Source: a virus
Taxonomy: Duplodnaviria > Caudoviricetes
DNA: 64,000 bases
Strand: one strand, 5' to 3'
IMG/VR virus record: IMGVR_UViG_3300021387_000688
This document shows positions 1-10,236 of this stretch, one piece after another. Each line of letters starts with the position of its first letter. The first letter of the stretch is position 1. The translations under genes were made by a program, and so were the position numbers. Below the pieces are notes generated by a model, which was given only the letters and a program-made list of their open reading frames with translations, made no database searches and was not told the origin of the DNA.

Positions 1-441
1 TCTAAATTCTTGCCAGAAGATATTAAAAACAATTTCGATATTGACTGGGATGGTTATAATGTAAATATCGATGACAATGCAGAATGTGATTATGGTACGG
101 TAACTGGTAAAGACGGAATAGAAGGGGCTTACTTTGAGTTTACTAACAAATCTAATCCAGAAGAGAAATACTCTGTAACTTATGGGATTGTTGGTAACTT
201 CAGTACTTGGCAAACAGAAGATAGACCTTATGATAGAAACGGGGACCCAGGTGACCCAGGAGATATGGGTGATTATGAATTTACAGATTTCGATGACGAA
301 GCCACTCAGGAACCTATTTTGTTAAATGCAAATGAAGATGAAATTAATCCTACTACAGATGTAGAAAAAGCCATCTTTGATGCAGTAGTAGAATACTATA
401 GCGACCTTGAAAGTAGCATGGAAAATGGTTATTGGTTTTAA
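1..441 (+). CDS. acidic hypothetical protein, 5'-truncated
   Basis: Frame open from the window edge; D/E-rich like neighbouring virion-internal candidates. Confidence 0.7.
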   Translation, partial: SKFLPEDIKNNFDIDWDGYNVNIDDNAECDYGTVTGKDGIEGAYFEFTNKSNPEEKYSVTYGIVGNFSTWQTEDRPYDRNGDPGDPGDMGDYEFTDFDDEATQEPILLNANEDEINPTTDVEKAIFDAVVEYYSDLESSMENGYWF

Positions 442-471
442 TTGACTAAATAAAAATTATAGGAGAACTAA

Positions 472-2034
472 ATGAGAGTCTTAAAAGAAAATAGAGTAGT
501 AGATGCAGTAGTAGACTACGTATATGGTTTAACAAAAGACGATTTAATTTCTTTTGAAGAAGCTGATAACTTTATAAATCTGCTTGCTCAAGGTGAAGTA
601 GATGATGCAGATGAATATATAGTTTTTGATTGTGCAAACGGAAGCCCTCTTGGCAATGAAGACTTGGCGGTAAGGACTATCAAATCTTATCTTAAAGAAT
701 CAAAAAAACCTTCTAAGAAAAGAATAAAGGAATCTTTTGATAACCCTATAGATGAAATCATTATGCCTTATACTAATTGGTCATCTATACCACTCCGCTC
801 AGATGCAGATGCTATGATTGAAAATGCTAAAGAAGCTGCAGAAGAATTAAAGGCAAATGGATTTACTGCAGAAGAGGTAAAGGCGCATTTTGACGAAGAT
901 GGATATTATGATGCAGTAAATGGTGTAGCTGAAGGCAATGGTACATGGGATCGTGCATTTGCAAATTGCATTCTTGCTAATCTTAAAGAATCTAAAAAGA
1001 ACTCTAAGAAGAGAATGAAAGAAAATGCAAACCTTGATGATGTTTATTATGTAGTCCTCTCTTGCCCTATTCAGTGTGACGAATACGGAAATCCTGAAGA
1101 TTGGGGTGCCGTAGAATTATTTGATACCAACTATGCTAAGTTTGAAGCTAAGGCAAGAGAACTTGGAATGAATGAGGTTTGCTGGGATGATGGGGATGCA
1201 GAATCAGGACCTATTATTAAAGGATCTGGTATATTCTACGGACCAGTAGAAAAAATTAGAGATTTAGTAGATGAAGGTTTTGACATTGAAGTATATGAAA
1301 ATTGCCGGGATGAACAACCTTATGAATTAACTGGCCGCATCTATGATGTTAACTCTTTAGTTTACGATGCAAACGGACTTTTAGGTGAGGAAGAGGTAGA
1401 TGCTTTAGATGAAGACGATGTTACGCTTCGTTCAATTCCTTCTTACAAATCTTTAAGAGAATCTGAATTAGATGATTTAGTAAATAAACCATTCAGTGAA
1501 TTAGTTGAGGATTTCTTAAATAAATTGGTAGCTGACGGATTGTTGGAAGAAGATGTAAAAGAAATCTTCATTACAGATTTCAAGAGCTCTAATGAACCAG
1601 AAGATATCGACATTGATTTACTTTATGATGGAGTAGGTGCAGATCCTCACGATCCTGCCAATCAAGAAATGTTTGCAGAAATTGCAAAAATGATTGAAGA
1701 CGCTTATCAGTTTAAGGATGAATGGAATGGCATCGATGCTTCAGACATGATTGATGAAGATGATCCTTTATACGGCTATGGCGAAGAAGATTTATTAGAA
1801 TCTAAGAAGCCAACTAAAAAGGCTATCAAAGAAGACGCTATAGCTAAAGACAGGGTAGGTATAGAAATTAAATCCTCAACAAAGGGTTGGGTATGGGCTA
1901 GTAAAGATGGACTCAAACCAGGTGCACCTTTAGAGTATAAAAACGAAAAAGCTGCAAAGAGTTCTAAAGAATGGAAAACATTCTTAGATAAGTACGGTGA
2001 AGAAAACTTAAGAGTAAGTAAAGCATATAACTAA
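472..2034 (+). CDS. putative capsid-internal polyprotein with prohead-protease cleavage linkers
   Basis: SD AGGAG; acidic domains separated by LKESKKPSKKRIKES, LKESKKNSKKRMKEN, LLESKKPTKKAIKED; CTAAATA box at 445. Confidence 0.6.
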   Translation: MRVLKENRVVDAVVDYVYGLTKDDLISFEEADNFINLLAQGEVDDADEYIVFDCANGSPLGNEDLAVRTIKSYLKESKKPSKKRIKESFDNPIDEIIMPYTNWSSIPLRSDADAMIENAKEAAEELKANGFTAEEVKAHFDEDGYYDAVNGVAEGNGTWDRAFANCILANLKESKKNSKKRMKENANLDDVYYVVLSCPIQCDEYGNPEDWGAVELFDTNYAKFEAKARELGMNEVCWDDGDAESGPIIKGSGIFYGPVEKIRDLVDEGFDIEVYENCRDEQPYELTGRIYDVNSLVYDANGLLGEEEVDALDEDDVTLRSIPSYKSLRESELDDLVNKPFSELVEDFLNKLVADGLLEEDVKEIFITDFKSSNEPEDIDIDLLYDGVGADPHDPANQEMFAEIAKMIEDAYQFKDEWNGIDASDMIDEDDPLYGYGEEDLLESKKPTKKAIKEDAIAKDRVGIEIKSSTKGWVWASKDGLKPGAPLEYKNEKAAKSSKEWKTFLDKYGEENLRVSKAYN

Positions 2035-2037
2035 AAG

Positions 2038-2067
2038 AAAAGGAGGTCGCTAAGACCTCCTTTTTTT
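2038..2067. terminator. bidirectional intrinsic terminator
   Basis: AAAAGGAGGTC-gctaa-GACCTCCTTTTTTT between convergent genes. Confidence 0.9.
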
Positions 2068-2068
2068 A

Positions 2069-2605
2069 TTACAAATCAAAATAATGATTTAATTTAGATG
2101 TGCCATAGTTTTCATCATATGGGCTAAAATATTTCCAGTCCATATCTTTTATATCTTCTTTTTTCAAGCTTTCAATTTCAACAACTTTCATAATTGTATT
2201 AGAATCTGTAACATAAACGTATTTGCAGATTCTATTCTTTTCAGGAAAGTTATTCATTCCGTCACCTGGAAGATATCTCTCCCATTCTAAATATCCAGGC
2301 TTGTTTATAGAAGGAAAACGTAATTTCTTTGCAAACTTGATTCTATCTTTTTCAAAACAAAATCTGTTCTGGCGGAGAATGAAAGCTTCAAAAGTCTCCA
2401 TTGACTGCTTCTTTACATAACCTTTAAACAAATATTGCTGTTTAGGATTTACTTTATCATGGGTGTAATGATAAACCATACCGTCTTTGATCCACATATA
2501 ATGGTTAATACCCATGTTCCATTTTTTCGGAAGATGTATAATGTGCACGTTTTTCGGATCTTTAATTTTTGCTTTTAAAGCCTCGATCAAACAATTACTG
2601 TACAT
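2069..2605 (-). CDS. hypothetical protein
   Basis: 178 aa ORF with upstream purine-rich SD and CTATATT box. Confidence 0.75.
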   Translation of the reverse strand: MYSNCLIEALKAKIKDPKNVHIIHLPKKWNMGINHYMWIKDGMVYHYTHDKVNPKQQYLFKGYVKKQSMETFEAFILRQNRFCFEKDRIKFAKKLRFPSINKPGYLEWERYLPGDGMNNFPEKNRICKYVYVTDSNTIMKVVEIESLKKEDIKDMDWKYFSPYDENYGTSKLNHYFDL

Positions 2606-2672
2606 TATGTGCCCCCTGTACGATAATAATATAGAAAACCCCAGGGAATGGGGTTTCTAAAATGTGAGAAAA

Positions 2673-2987
2673 TTATGCTACTTTTTTAGCGTCAAAAACG
2701 TTAATATACTTTTCTCCAGGATTGTAAACTTTATTTAGATAAGTTTTTTGTAAACCTTTCTTTCCAGAACCCTCAATGTAAAGGCCTGCAGTATCTTTAG
2801 ATACTTTCAACATTGGGCCATAATGATCTGAAGGGTTTGGTTGGATTTCAAATTCTTTGTCTGAAAGTTTTTTGTAAGGGCGAATTCCCATAGCTTGTAC
2901 ATATTGAAGTCTTTTTGTTTCTTCAACTACATCATAGAAACGATAATAAACTCCGGCCTTGGTTTTAATTTCTGCTACGTAAATCAT
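2673..2987 (-). CDS. hypothetical protein
   Basis: 104 aa ORF, SD GAGGTG. Confidence 0.75.
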   Translation of the reverse strand: MIYVAEIKTKAGVYYRFYDVVEETKRLQYVQAMGIRPYKKLSDKEFEIQPNPSDHYGPMLKVSKDTAGLYIEGSGKKGLQKTYLNKVYNPGEKYINVFDAKKVA

Positions 2988-3009
2988 TTACCACCTCTTC
3001 TAATCGTCC

Positions 3010-3081
3010 TTAAACTACATAAGATTGTGCAATTGCAGCAATCGCTCCAATAGCCATGAGTACAATAATAGCTATTACCAT
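3010..3081 (-). CDS. small hydrophobic membrane peptide (23 aa, MVIAIIVLMAIGAIAAIAQSYVV)
   Basis: Not in ORF track; AGGAGG SD upstream of ATG at 3081; one TM-length hydrophobic stretch. Confidence 0.6.
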   Translation of the reverse strand: MVIAIIVLMAIGAIAAIAQSYVV

Positions 3082-3153
3082 ATGGGCCTCCTATTAACGA
3101 TAATAATATCGCTTCTTTTGGAATCCGAATTTACTAAAAAGACTAAATAATTT

Positions 3154-4845
3154 ATGGTATTAAAAGTATATAGAGTTGGTGATTTAGATAAATACCAAAG
3201 AAAAGCAGATTCAATGTATCAAATGTTTGGAAGAAGTACAGGTTACTTTGGCACTGGTTATTACTTTTGTACAAAGCCAGAATATTGTTGTACAATGACA
3301 AGAGAAAATGATCCTTTGTATAGACTTACATTAAAGGAAGGTATCAAACTTATAAAAGGTACTCAAAAATTACACGACAAATTAAAAGCTTGGAATGCTT
3401 TTATGATTAACTATCCTCGTCTCTTGAGTAAAGATTTAATCGATAAGGAAAAACGGTTTGCACATTATGCAATAGATTATTATACAGAGCGCCAACTTAT
3501 AGGTTCGAAATTAAAAGAGGATTTTGAAGTTTGGGGAGACTGGGCAGACAATTGGAAAGAATATCTTAGCCGAGAATATGGTATAAGAGAAATGATAAAA
3601 CGTGCAAAAGATATACCAGATTTGGAAGAGTTTGCAAATATATTAGAGAGTGACAAACCTGACTTTGATAGGATAGATGAAATCCAAAAAGAAAATGAAG
3701 ATTTATTTGATTACGAATATTTAAGTTCTATGAGAGATTTGGTTTTCGATGTTTTAGAACTTTTACCTATTCAATTGAATACAGATACGGAAACAATAAA
3801 AATGGCGGCTGATCATATTTACGAAACTTATGAAAGTTTTTATGAAAACGGAAGATTGAAACATGATTCGGATTTATCTGAAGACGATTCCTTTCCTACT
3901 CAATTGTTAAAGATTTTAGGATATGAAGGCGTTTGGCCAAGCAATGAATGTGACAATACAACTTATGGGGGAGTAATATTTGATTTAGAAAATTTCACTT
4001 ACGAAAGAATTGCAGACCACGCTAAAGATTATATTAAGAAAGATTTGAAAGAATCTACAGAAACATTAAAACAATTTAAAGTTTTATATCATGGTTCTAA
4101 AAATGGGGAATTAAGAAAAAATGAAAAACATAGCTACAATTGTTTGTATGTGACACCCGTTTTTGCTTATGCTGCAATGTACAGTACAGATTCTGATTCT
4201 ACACATGGTTGTGTTTTTGAAATGAAACCTGTTAGAGACTTAAACATTTTTGATGCAAATGATGAAGGGGCTTTAGAACAATTAAAAGCAAAAGTAGAAG
4301 AATTAAATCCTGAAAATACTTTAGTAAGAAGAATCAAATGGGAAGACTTGAAAACAAAAGATTGGAGTTCTGTTTGTTTCAAGCAAGATGAGGTAAGGGA
4401 TAAATTATTACTCGAATCTGTAAAAGCTTTAGGATATGATGGTTATATAAATACCGAGTGGGATGAAGATTGCGCTGAATGGTATGCTAGAGGGTTAGGC
4501 GGTTGCGGTAAAGTTGTAAATACAACTTCTATTGGAATATTTAATGAAGACCTTTTAGAGATAGTCGATGAGAAATATTTTGAAGATTATTCAGACGATG
4601 AGTTATTTAATGAATGCCATCAAGCCGATGAGGATTTGTTTATAACCTTTTTGCAGGATGAAGGTTTTGATGATTACTATTACGATAGTGAAGAAGAAGC
4701 TAAAAAATGGGCAGCCAATAACTTGCTATTCTTAGACGTAGATGAAGTAAATGATTTGGTTGACGAATATGCAAGTTATTCCGATAGGGAAGATGACTGG
4801 GATGAAGAGGAAGATGAAGAGGAAGATGAAGAGGAAGATGATTAG
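3154..4845 (+). CDS. putative virion-packaged protein with two ADP-ribosyltransferase-like (ART-PolyVal-type) domains
   Basis: Domain 1 VYR..FGTGYYF..LGYEGV; domain 2 LYHGS..LYVT..YAAMYS..LGYDGY; LKES linker; acidic tail. Confidence 0.55.
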   Translation: MVLKVYRVGDLDKYQRKADSMYQMFGRSTGYFGTGYYFCTKPEYCCTMTRENDPLYRLTLKEGIKLIKGTQKLHDKLKAWNAFMINYPRLLSKDLIDKEKRFAHYAIDYYTERQLIGSKLKEDFEVWGDWADNWKEYLSREYGIREMIKRAKDIPDLEEFANILESDKPDFDRIDEIQKENEDLFDYEYLSSMRDLVFDVLELLPIQLNTDTETIKMAADHIYETYESFYENGRLKHDSDLSEDDSFPTQLLKILGYEGVWPSNECDNTTYGGVIFDLENFTYERIADHAKDYIKKDLKESTETLKQFKVLYHGSKNGELRKNEKHSYNCLYVTPVFAYAAMYSTDSDSTHGCVFEMKPVRDLNIFDANDEGALEQLKAKVEELNPENTLVRRIKWEDLKTKDWSSVCFKQDEVRDKLLLESVKALGYDGYINTEWDEDCAEWYARGLGGCGKVVNTTSIGIFNEDLLEIVDEKYFEDYSDDELFNECHQADEDLFITFLQDEGFDDYYYDSEEEAKKWAANNLLFLDVDEVNDLVDEYASYSDREDDWDEEEDEEEDEEEDD

Positions 4846-5444
4846 TAATCTCTCTTAGAATATTCTAACTTAAAACGTTTAGGCAATTCATCTAAGCACT
4901 TCTCAAAACAATCTGGACAAACATTGTCTCTAGGTTTCAAATCAAAAGTTTTGCAAAACTTGGCTATATCTTTTGAGTTGTTATTTAAGTGTCTAGTTAC
5001 ACTTTGCACTGGAGTACCATAATCATCTTCATAAATAGAATCGCACCAAATGCAATGCTTAAATCTTTCTTCCTTTAAGCTTTTATCTTTTATTTTATCT
5101 TTGTAAGCCCAACCATATTGTTTTATAAACTTTTTAGGGTCTTTCAAAGATAAGTCTTTTATATCAGCATATATGTTATAGAATTTATTAACAGCAGAAT
5201 CTTTAGAGAGTTTACCATTTTTGAAATCATTATAAATCAATTCAACAATGTCTTTAGAGCCTACTTCTGCAGCCCAATCCCAGAAATCAAAGAAATCTAA
5301 TTTTTCCTTATTTCCTTTATTTAAGTCATCTAAAACTTTTGCAGTGCAGAAATCTATAAAACCATCATCGCTATGGTGACTTAATTTCTTTCCGAGGGGT
5401 TCAATGTCTTTATCTACGTATTTGGATTCATTAAAAGTTCTCAT
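4842..5444 (-). CDS. hypothetical protein with C-terminal Cys4 motif, possibly virion-internal
   Basis: FNES/LKEE motifs; CxxC..CxxC; CTAAATAATTC directly before ATG. Confidence 0.7.
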   Translation of the reverse strand: MRTFNESKYVDKDIEPLGKKLSHHSDDGFIDFCTAKVLDDLNKGNKEKLDFFDFWDWAAEVGSKDIVELIYNDFKNGKLSKDSAVNKFYNIYADIKDLSLKDPKKFIKQYGWAYKDKIKDKSLKEERFKHCIWCDSIYEDDYGTPVQSVTRHLNNNSKDIAKFCKTFDLKPRDNVCPDCFEKCLDELPKRFKLEYSKRDY

Positions 5445-5494
5445 GAATTATTTAGTGACTACTATATAATATATTATACTTAAAGAGGTTTTCA

Positions 5495-6442
5495 ATGAAA
5501 GAGAGACATATCACAGGTTATGAAGATGATCATGGAGTAAATCCTTTTGCATTCTTTGGGCAATCTGTAAATGAAAAAGATGCCCCTATAAAACTCATAT
5601 ACGATAATTTGGGGCTGGAATATGATTTGGAAGAGGCTATGTGGCCTTACATATTATTTACTCCTCATCGTAGTGCTAGGTTAGGTACTTACTGGGAAGT
5701 AGAACTTGGGGCTCCTGTATTTGAAAACGGGGGTACAACTCCCGTTATGAAATGTAGATATATTAAGCCACTTTCAACAAAGGCTGCTTGCGTAGTATAT
5801 GCAATGGCAGTATGTTGCCATGGAGTTGGTAACGACGCTATTAAAATTAAAAACAGATTCAGATCTGATATGTTCTGTGCACTTAAGATGGTAGCTCATT
5901 GTCAATATCCAGGAGGATTTGGAAAAGAAGGTTGGCACTCAGATTGGGATATCTCTTTTGTAAATATGTGCCCTACTTACTGGAAACGTATGGGATGGTG
6001 TGGTAACTTTACAAATTTGAAAAGATTATTAAATTATTTTGCACCCGTTGGTAGTAAAGTAAACGAACAGAGAATTATAACAAAAGGTAGAGAAACTAAA
6101 TGGACCAATTATGAAATGGATTCTAGTCTTTTTGAAGATTTCCAAAAAGAATTAAAAACTTTGATTCCTAATGCTCGTTGTACCCAAAATGTAGAAATAG
6201 AAGGAGATAAATTTGTCATAGAGGGGGAACATTGTAAAGTAGTTCTTACTTTTGAAGACAAATCTGGTCATCATTTACCAGACGATTCTTATAGATATCA
6301 AATACAGATTTATAACCGTAGACTCACTTTGAGTGAAGCTTGGATCGGTACAACCAAACAAGAATTTGATAGAGATAAGGCAGATGTTATTAAATACTTT
6401 ACAGAAACAAACTGGGAAGAAGCATTAGATAGTTTAGACTAA
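5495..6442 (+). CDS. hypothetical protein
   Basis: 315 aa ORF, SD GAGG. Confidence 0.8.
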   Translation: MKERHITGYEDDHGVNPFAFFGQSVNEKDAPIKLIYDNLGLEYDLEEAMWPYILFTPHRSARLGTYWEVELGAPVFENGGTTPVMKCRYIKPLSTKAACVVYAMAVCCHGVGNDAIKIKNRFRSDMFCALKMVAHCQYPGGFGKEGWHSDWDISFVNMCPTYWKRMGWCGNFTNLKRLLNYFAPVGSKVNEQRIITKGRETKWTNYEMDSSLFEDFQKELKTLIPNARCTQNVEIEGDKFVIEGEHCKVVLTFEDKSGHHLPDDSYRYQIQIYNRRLTLSEAWIGTTKQEFDRDKADVIKYFTETNWEEALDSLD

Positions 6443-6456
6443 GAGAGGGTTCAATC

Positions 6457-7110
6457 ATGAAATGTATTAGATGTGGTAGAAATGTTAGAACCTCAGCAGA
6501 AGAAAGAAACTTCTTTAGAGGGATGGGTTATTACTCTCCAATGTATTGGGTTAGGGATCAAGGCTTGGATGAAACTCTTTGCAAAGCAGAAGGTTTAGAT
6601 CCTAACGATAGTGAACACTTTTTATGCTTTGACTGTTATTACGATTTGATGGAAAAGCAAAGAGATGAGTATTTAAAAAATAAGGACTTCGGCCCAATTA
6701 AAATAAAAGGAACATTTAAGGAGTCTAAAAATCTTAAAGAATCTACTCAAGAGGAAAGGGACCAAGAAGCTAGAGATTTAATTGAAAGCCCTTATAACAA
6801 TCTTCAGGAAGAAGATTTTGAATGGCTTAGGGAAAAAGACGAAACTTTAGACTATTGGTGGAATCAAACTTATGAAATGGAATTTTTAGAAAAAAGTCTT
6901 TATGATGGACCTACTTATGCAGATTTAGATGAGTCTAAAGAAGTTTCTTTTGAATTTTCAAATAATGCAGATGCAGATGAATTTATAGACGATGTAAAAG
7001 CCAGATATCATTATCCAACTTTGAGAAATAAACATGAAGTAGATAAAGGAGGTATAACTCCTAGGGGCGGAAAAGTTTATTTCAAAGGTGCAATTGCAAG
7101 ACCTAGATAG
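6457..7110 (+). CDS. hypothetical protein with N-terminal Zn finger and KES motifs
   Basis: CIRC..CFDC; FKESKNLKES, LDES. Confidence 0.75.
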   Translation: MKCIRCGRNVRTSAEERNFFRGMGYYSPMYWVRDQGLDETLCKAEGLDPNDSEHFLCFDCYYDLMEKQRDEYLKNKDFGPIKIKGTFKESKNLKESTQEERDQEARDLIESPYNNLQEEDFEWLREKDETLDYWWNQTYEMEFLEKSLYDGPTYADLDESKEVSFEFSNNADADEFIDDVKARYHYPTLRNKHEVDKGGITPRGGKVYFKGAIARPR

Positions 7111-7118
7111 GTAAAAAG

Positions 7119-7144
7119 AAAGCCTCTCATTTGAGAGGCTTTTA
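7119..7144. terminator. bidirectional intrinsic terminator
   Basis: AAAGCCTCTCA-tt-TGAGAGGCTTTT. Confidence 0.9.
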
Positions 7145-7152
7145 TTAAAAAA

Positions 7153-7683
7153 TTAGTTTTCTTTATTAGAAAGGATTTTTGAAAGCTGTTCGACTTCTTC
7201 TCTTGTAAGGTATTTTCCGCCTTCTTTACGTCTAACAATTTTTTCAGAATCTTCAGTCTTGCAGAGTTTACTAATATTCAAAAGCATTGAACATGTTTCT
7301 CCATCTCCACCTACATTTTCGCAGTTGTCTGGCCAAGCACCGCATTCCAAATGACCTGGGCAAGGATAAGTAATTCTTACATAATCCCCTGCATTGAAAG
7401 GATCGAGTCCTTTTGAAGGGCTCTGAATACAACCTTTGATGTAATTCAGGAAGCATTCTGTCTCCCATTCTTCTTTAGTAAGATCTACACCAGTTTCTGT
7501 TGTATCAACGTGACCCTGATAATACAACCACCAGCCAATTTCTTTAAGAGAATGATTTGCTAGCTGGTCTTTTATAGTTTCAAAATACTTTTCATAATTG
7601 GCGCGCAAAGTTTGAGACTGATTCTTCAAACTTTCAGTTACACGATCATTTACAATGGAATTGTCTTTATTTTTCTTTTTCAT
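7153..7683 (-). CDS. hypothetical protein
   Basis: Start placed at ATG 7683 (ATGA overlap with upstream stop, SD GAGGTG). Confidence 0.75.
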   Translation of the reverse strand: MKKKNKDNSIVNDRVTESLKNQSQTLRANYEKYFETIKDQLANHSLKEIGWWLYYQGHVDTTETGVDLTKEEWETECFLNYIKGCIQSPSKGLDPFNAGDYVRITYPCPGHLECGAWPDNCENVGGDGETCSMLLNISKLCKTEDSEKIVRRKEGGKYLTREEVEQLSKILSNKEN

Positions 7684-8255
7684 ACAACCACCTCGAACCA
7701 ACTGCCTTTACCATCTCCAGTTGATTCATCTATTACTTCTTTATGGTAAACATAAGAACCTAATCCTCCAAAACCGTTAACGAAAGTTAAATCGTCTGGG
7801 GTTAAAGGATTACCTGTTGAATGAGCTCTGTAGATATGAAGCAATCGTTTCAAATCACTTCCTAAAAGATATCGCCCTGCTAGCATATCTGGACCGTTTG
7901 GCCAAACATATAAAAACAATTCTGCCTTACTTCTGTCAAGCCATCCTGGCAATCTTCTACCATTTCTAGTCTTACCATCTTCCAATGTTAGGCGATCATT
8001 CTTTCTACATTTGACTTGAACAGTATGTCCATTAACATAACAGTCAATGTCGAATTTAATGTCTTCATCTTCGGGGGCGGAAGAAACATTTGCAGCTTTT
8101 CCGTCAATGGAAAAGAATGTTTTACAAAGTTCTTCCTCCAATCCTTTATCGACATCTTTATCAGAGCAACGCCCTATATGGGGTTGTAATTGATTTAAAA
8201 CCCTTTCATATAGAGCGTGATCTACTTTTAGAGATTTCTGTTTGAATTTATACAT
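7680..8255 (-). CDS. PD-(D/E)XK nuclease-like protein
   Basis: LEE..EDIKFDID..TVQVKCR pattern. Confidence 0.5.
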   Translation of the reverse strand: MYKFKQKSLKVDHALYERVLNQLQPHIGRCSDKDVDKGLEEELCKTFFSIDGKAANVSSAPEDEDIKFDIDCYVNGHTVQVKCRKNDRLTLEDGKTRNGRRLPGWLDRSKAELFLYVWPNGPDMLAGRYLLGSDLKRLLHIYRAHSTGNPLTPDDLTFVNGFGGLGSYVYHKEVIDESTGDGKGSWFEVVV

Positions 8256-8491
8256 TACTTCTGTGCCTCGAGGAGCTGAATAATCTTTTCCTGGTTTTCA
8301 AGAATCTTTTCCTGATTCTCAAGAATCTTTTCATTCTGGTTGTGAATTACAACAAAATTATGAGTTTCCATTCCCCGATGGATTGTATTGTAATATGGAT
8401 CAGTTTTCTCCTCTTCGTAGAGGAGGACTGAACAGCTAGACAGAATTGCTACTGCTGCAACCACCGAAATAACTGCGATTATCTTCTTCAT
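8255..8491 (-). CDS. small lipoprotein with heptad-repeat coiled coil
   Basis: Signal peptide ending LSSC; repeated EKILENQ. Confidence 0.7.
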   Translation of the reverse strand: MKKIIAVISVVAAVAILSSCSVLLYEEEKTDPYYNTIHRGMETHNFVVIHNQNEKILENQEKILENQEKIIQLLEAQK

Positions 8492-8578
8492 AATGTATCT
8501 CCTTTATGTTAATATTATAGGAAAAATATGGACTATTTTTTACGAAAATCGAACTTATTATTGTTATAAGGAGGATAT

Positions 8579-9334
8579 ATGTATACAGTGAATATTGGTA
8601 GCAAATTGCTACCATGGTCTCAACGTAAATCTAAATACGTACATATCCAAAAAGGAAAGAAAGGTTCTAACAAGATTGATTGGACCTGTGTTTGCAACGT
8701 ACACGCTCTTTGCAACTGTTTAGAGTATTCAAACTGGCAATTACCTACAGACATTGAATATTCTAGGGCACCCGATGCATTAGCAAATAACATCATTAAG
8801 GAATGTTTGAAACCTAACAGTTGGTTTAAGAAAAATTATCCTACAGAATTCCAAGCTTGGTACGATGGAAATCCAGAAGCTTATACTCCATTAGAGTTGC
8901 ATGCAGTATTAGCTCATTACGTAAGTGAATGGGTGGGTGATCCAGACGCAGATGTTTTCAAATCAAATCTTAATATTAGAGACATTATAAAGCAATTATA
9001 TGAAAAAGGAATTGCTTTAGCTGCTTCTGTTAAGTGGGGCGGATTGATTGGCCACATTATAACTATTGTAGGATTCGAAGCAGAATCTGAAGAAATGTTA
9101 AAAGAATGGCTTTACGGATTTGAAAGCAACGTTAAGACTACTGATGTTATCAAAAACATTATCATTGATGACCCATGGGGATTCTATGATGAAAAAACAG
9201 ATAAGTATGATGGTACCAAATCTGGAAATGATAACAAAATAACTACAAAGTATTTCTGGGAACATATGAAAGATGTTAATAATAAGAATTTCAAAATGGC
9301 CCATATCTTTAAGAAACCAAACTTAGTAGTTTAA
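8579..9334 (+). CDS. C39-like cysteine peptidase
   Basis: WSQR..CNVHAL, GHIITIVGF, IIIDDPWG (Cys-His-Asp). Confidence 0.7.
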   Translation: MYTVNIGSKLLPWSQRKSKYVHIQKGKKGSNKIDWTCVCNVHALCNCLEYSNWQLPTDIEYSRAPDALANNIIKECLKPNSWFKKNYPTEFQAWYDGNPEAYTPLELHAVLAHYVSEWVGDPDADVFKSNLNIRDIIKQLYEKGIALAASVKWGGLIGHIITIVGFEAESEEMLKEWLYGFESNVKTTDVIKNIIIDDPWGFYDEKTDKYDGTKSGNDNKITTKYFWEHMKDVNNKNFKMAHIFKKPNLVV

Positions 9335-9340
9335 CAAAAG

Positions 9341-9368
9341 AAAAGGATTCCTTTTTGGAATCCTTTTT
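9341..9368. terminator. bidirectional intrinsic terminator
   Basis: AAAAGGATTCC..GGAATCCTTTTT. Confidence 0.85.
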
Positions 9369-9371
9369 ATT

Positions 9372-9833
9372 TTAGTTTTTCAATTCTTCTCTTATTTCCA
9401 TTAGAAGTTTACCTAAATGATTCTCTCCAACCCCTTCGCAAACTCCCCAATAAACATCATGCCAGTAATTGCCTTCAACTATTTCTTCGTCTCCAGTCTG
9501 CAGGAGTTTTTCTTGCAATTCTGGATGGTTACTATCAAACTTAAGATGAAGTATTCGTTTCATTAACATTAGTTTTTTATAACCATTCCAATCCTTTACT
9601 TCCTGAGAGGTCATATTTTCTTTACGACCTTGTTTTTTAGATGCATAAGCAGTCAACCCTATATAAGCAGAAGGGTTTTTACTTTTACCTGCTTGGTACA
9701 AAGCTTCGGAAGTGTTTGCAGTTAATTCTCCTTTGCCAATAGAATCAATCCCATTGTAACAAATATGAAGAGGGGGGTCAACTACATAAAAATTAGAAAG
9801 GAATTCATATTCGCCTTCAAAACTATTTATCAT
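9372..9833 (-). CDS. NADAR family protein (YbiA-like)
   Basis: FLSNFY, TSEALYQAGK, LLQTGDEEIVEGNYWHDVYWGV, GENHLGKLLMEIR. Confidence 0.92.
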   Translation of the reverse strand: MINSFEGEYEFLSNFYVVDPPLHICYNGIDSIGKGELTANTSEALYQAGKSKNPSAYIGLTAYASKKQGRKENMTSQEVKDWNGYKKLMLMKRILHLKFDSNHPELQEKLLQTGDEEIVEGNYWHDVYWGVCEGVGENHLGKLLMEIREELKN

Positions 9834-10233
9834 TTGTTGGTATTTGCTCCATTATTTTCTTATTCAATTCGATTCGCTTATTGAAGAGTTCATCGATGTG
9901 GCGCTTAAAGATTTTTTTACTAAGTGCAAACATTTCATCATACTCCTCTTCATTAAGATCATCTTCAGTCAAGCAAAGATCGAAAGGTCTATTATCCCCA
10001 ACCAATTTCATATAAAATTTTGCACCAAAAGTCTTTTCTCCCTTTAGATCTAAAAAATCCCCTAGGTTTTTAATTTCTTCGTTTACCTCATCGAGCTGCT
10101 TAAAAAGAGAAGCCTTTTTTCTAACACTACCCAACTTATTGGCAAATTCGTCTCCGAACAAAACACGTGTTTGTTCTACAACACTGTCTTTTTCAATTTC
10201 TTTATTTTTAGGCATTTTCTTTCCTTTTAACAT
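9823..10233 (-). CDS. hypothetical protein
   Basis: ORF in tightly packed operon. Confidence 0.75.
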   Translation of the reverse strand: MLKGKKMPKNKEIEKDSVVEQTRVLFGDEFANKLGSVRKKASLFKQLDEVNEEIKNLGDFLDLKGEKTFGAKFYMKLVGDNRPFDLCLTEDDLNEEEYDEMFALSKKIFKRHIDELFNKRIELNKKIMEQIPTNDK

Positions 10234-10236
10234 TTT

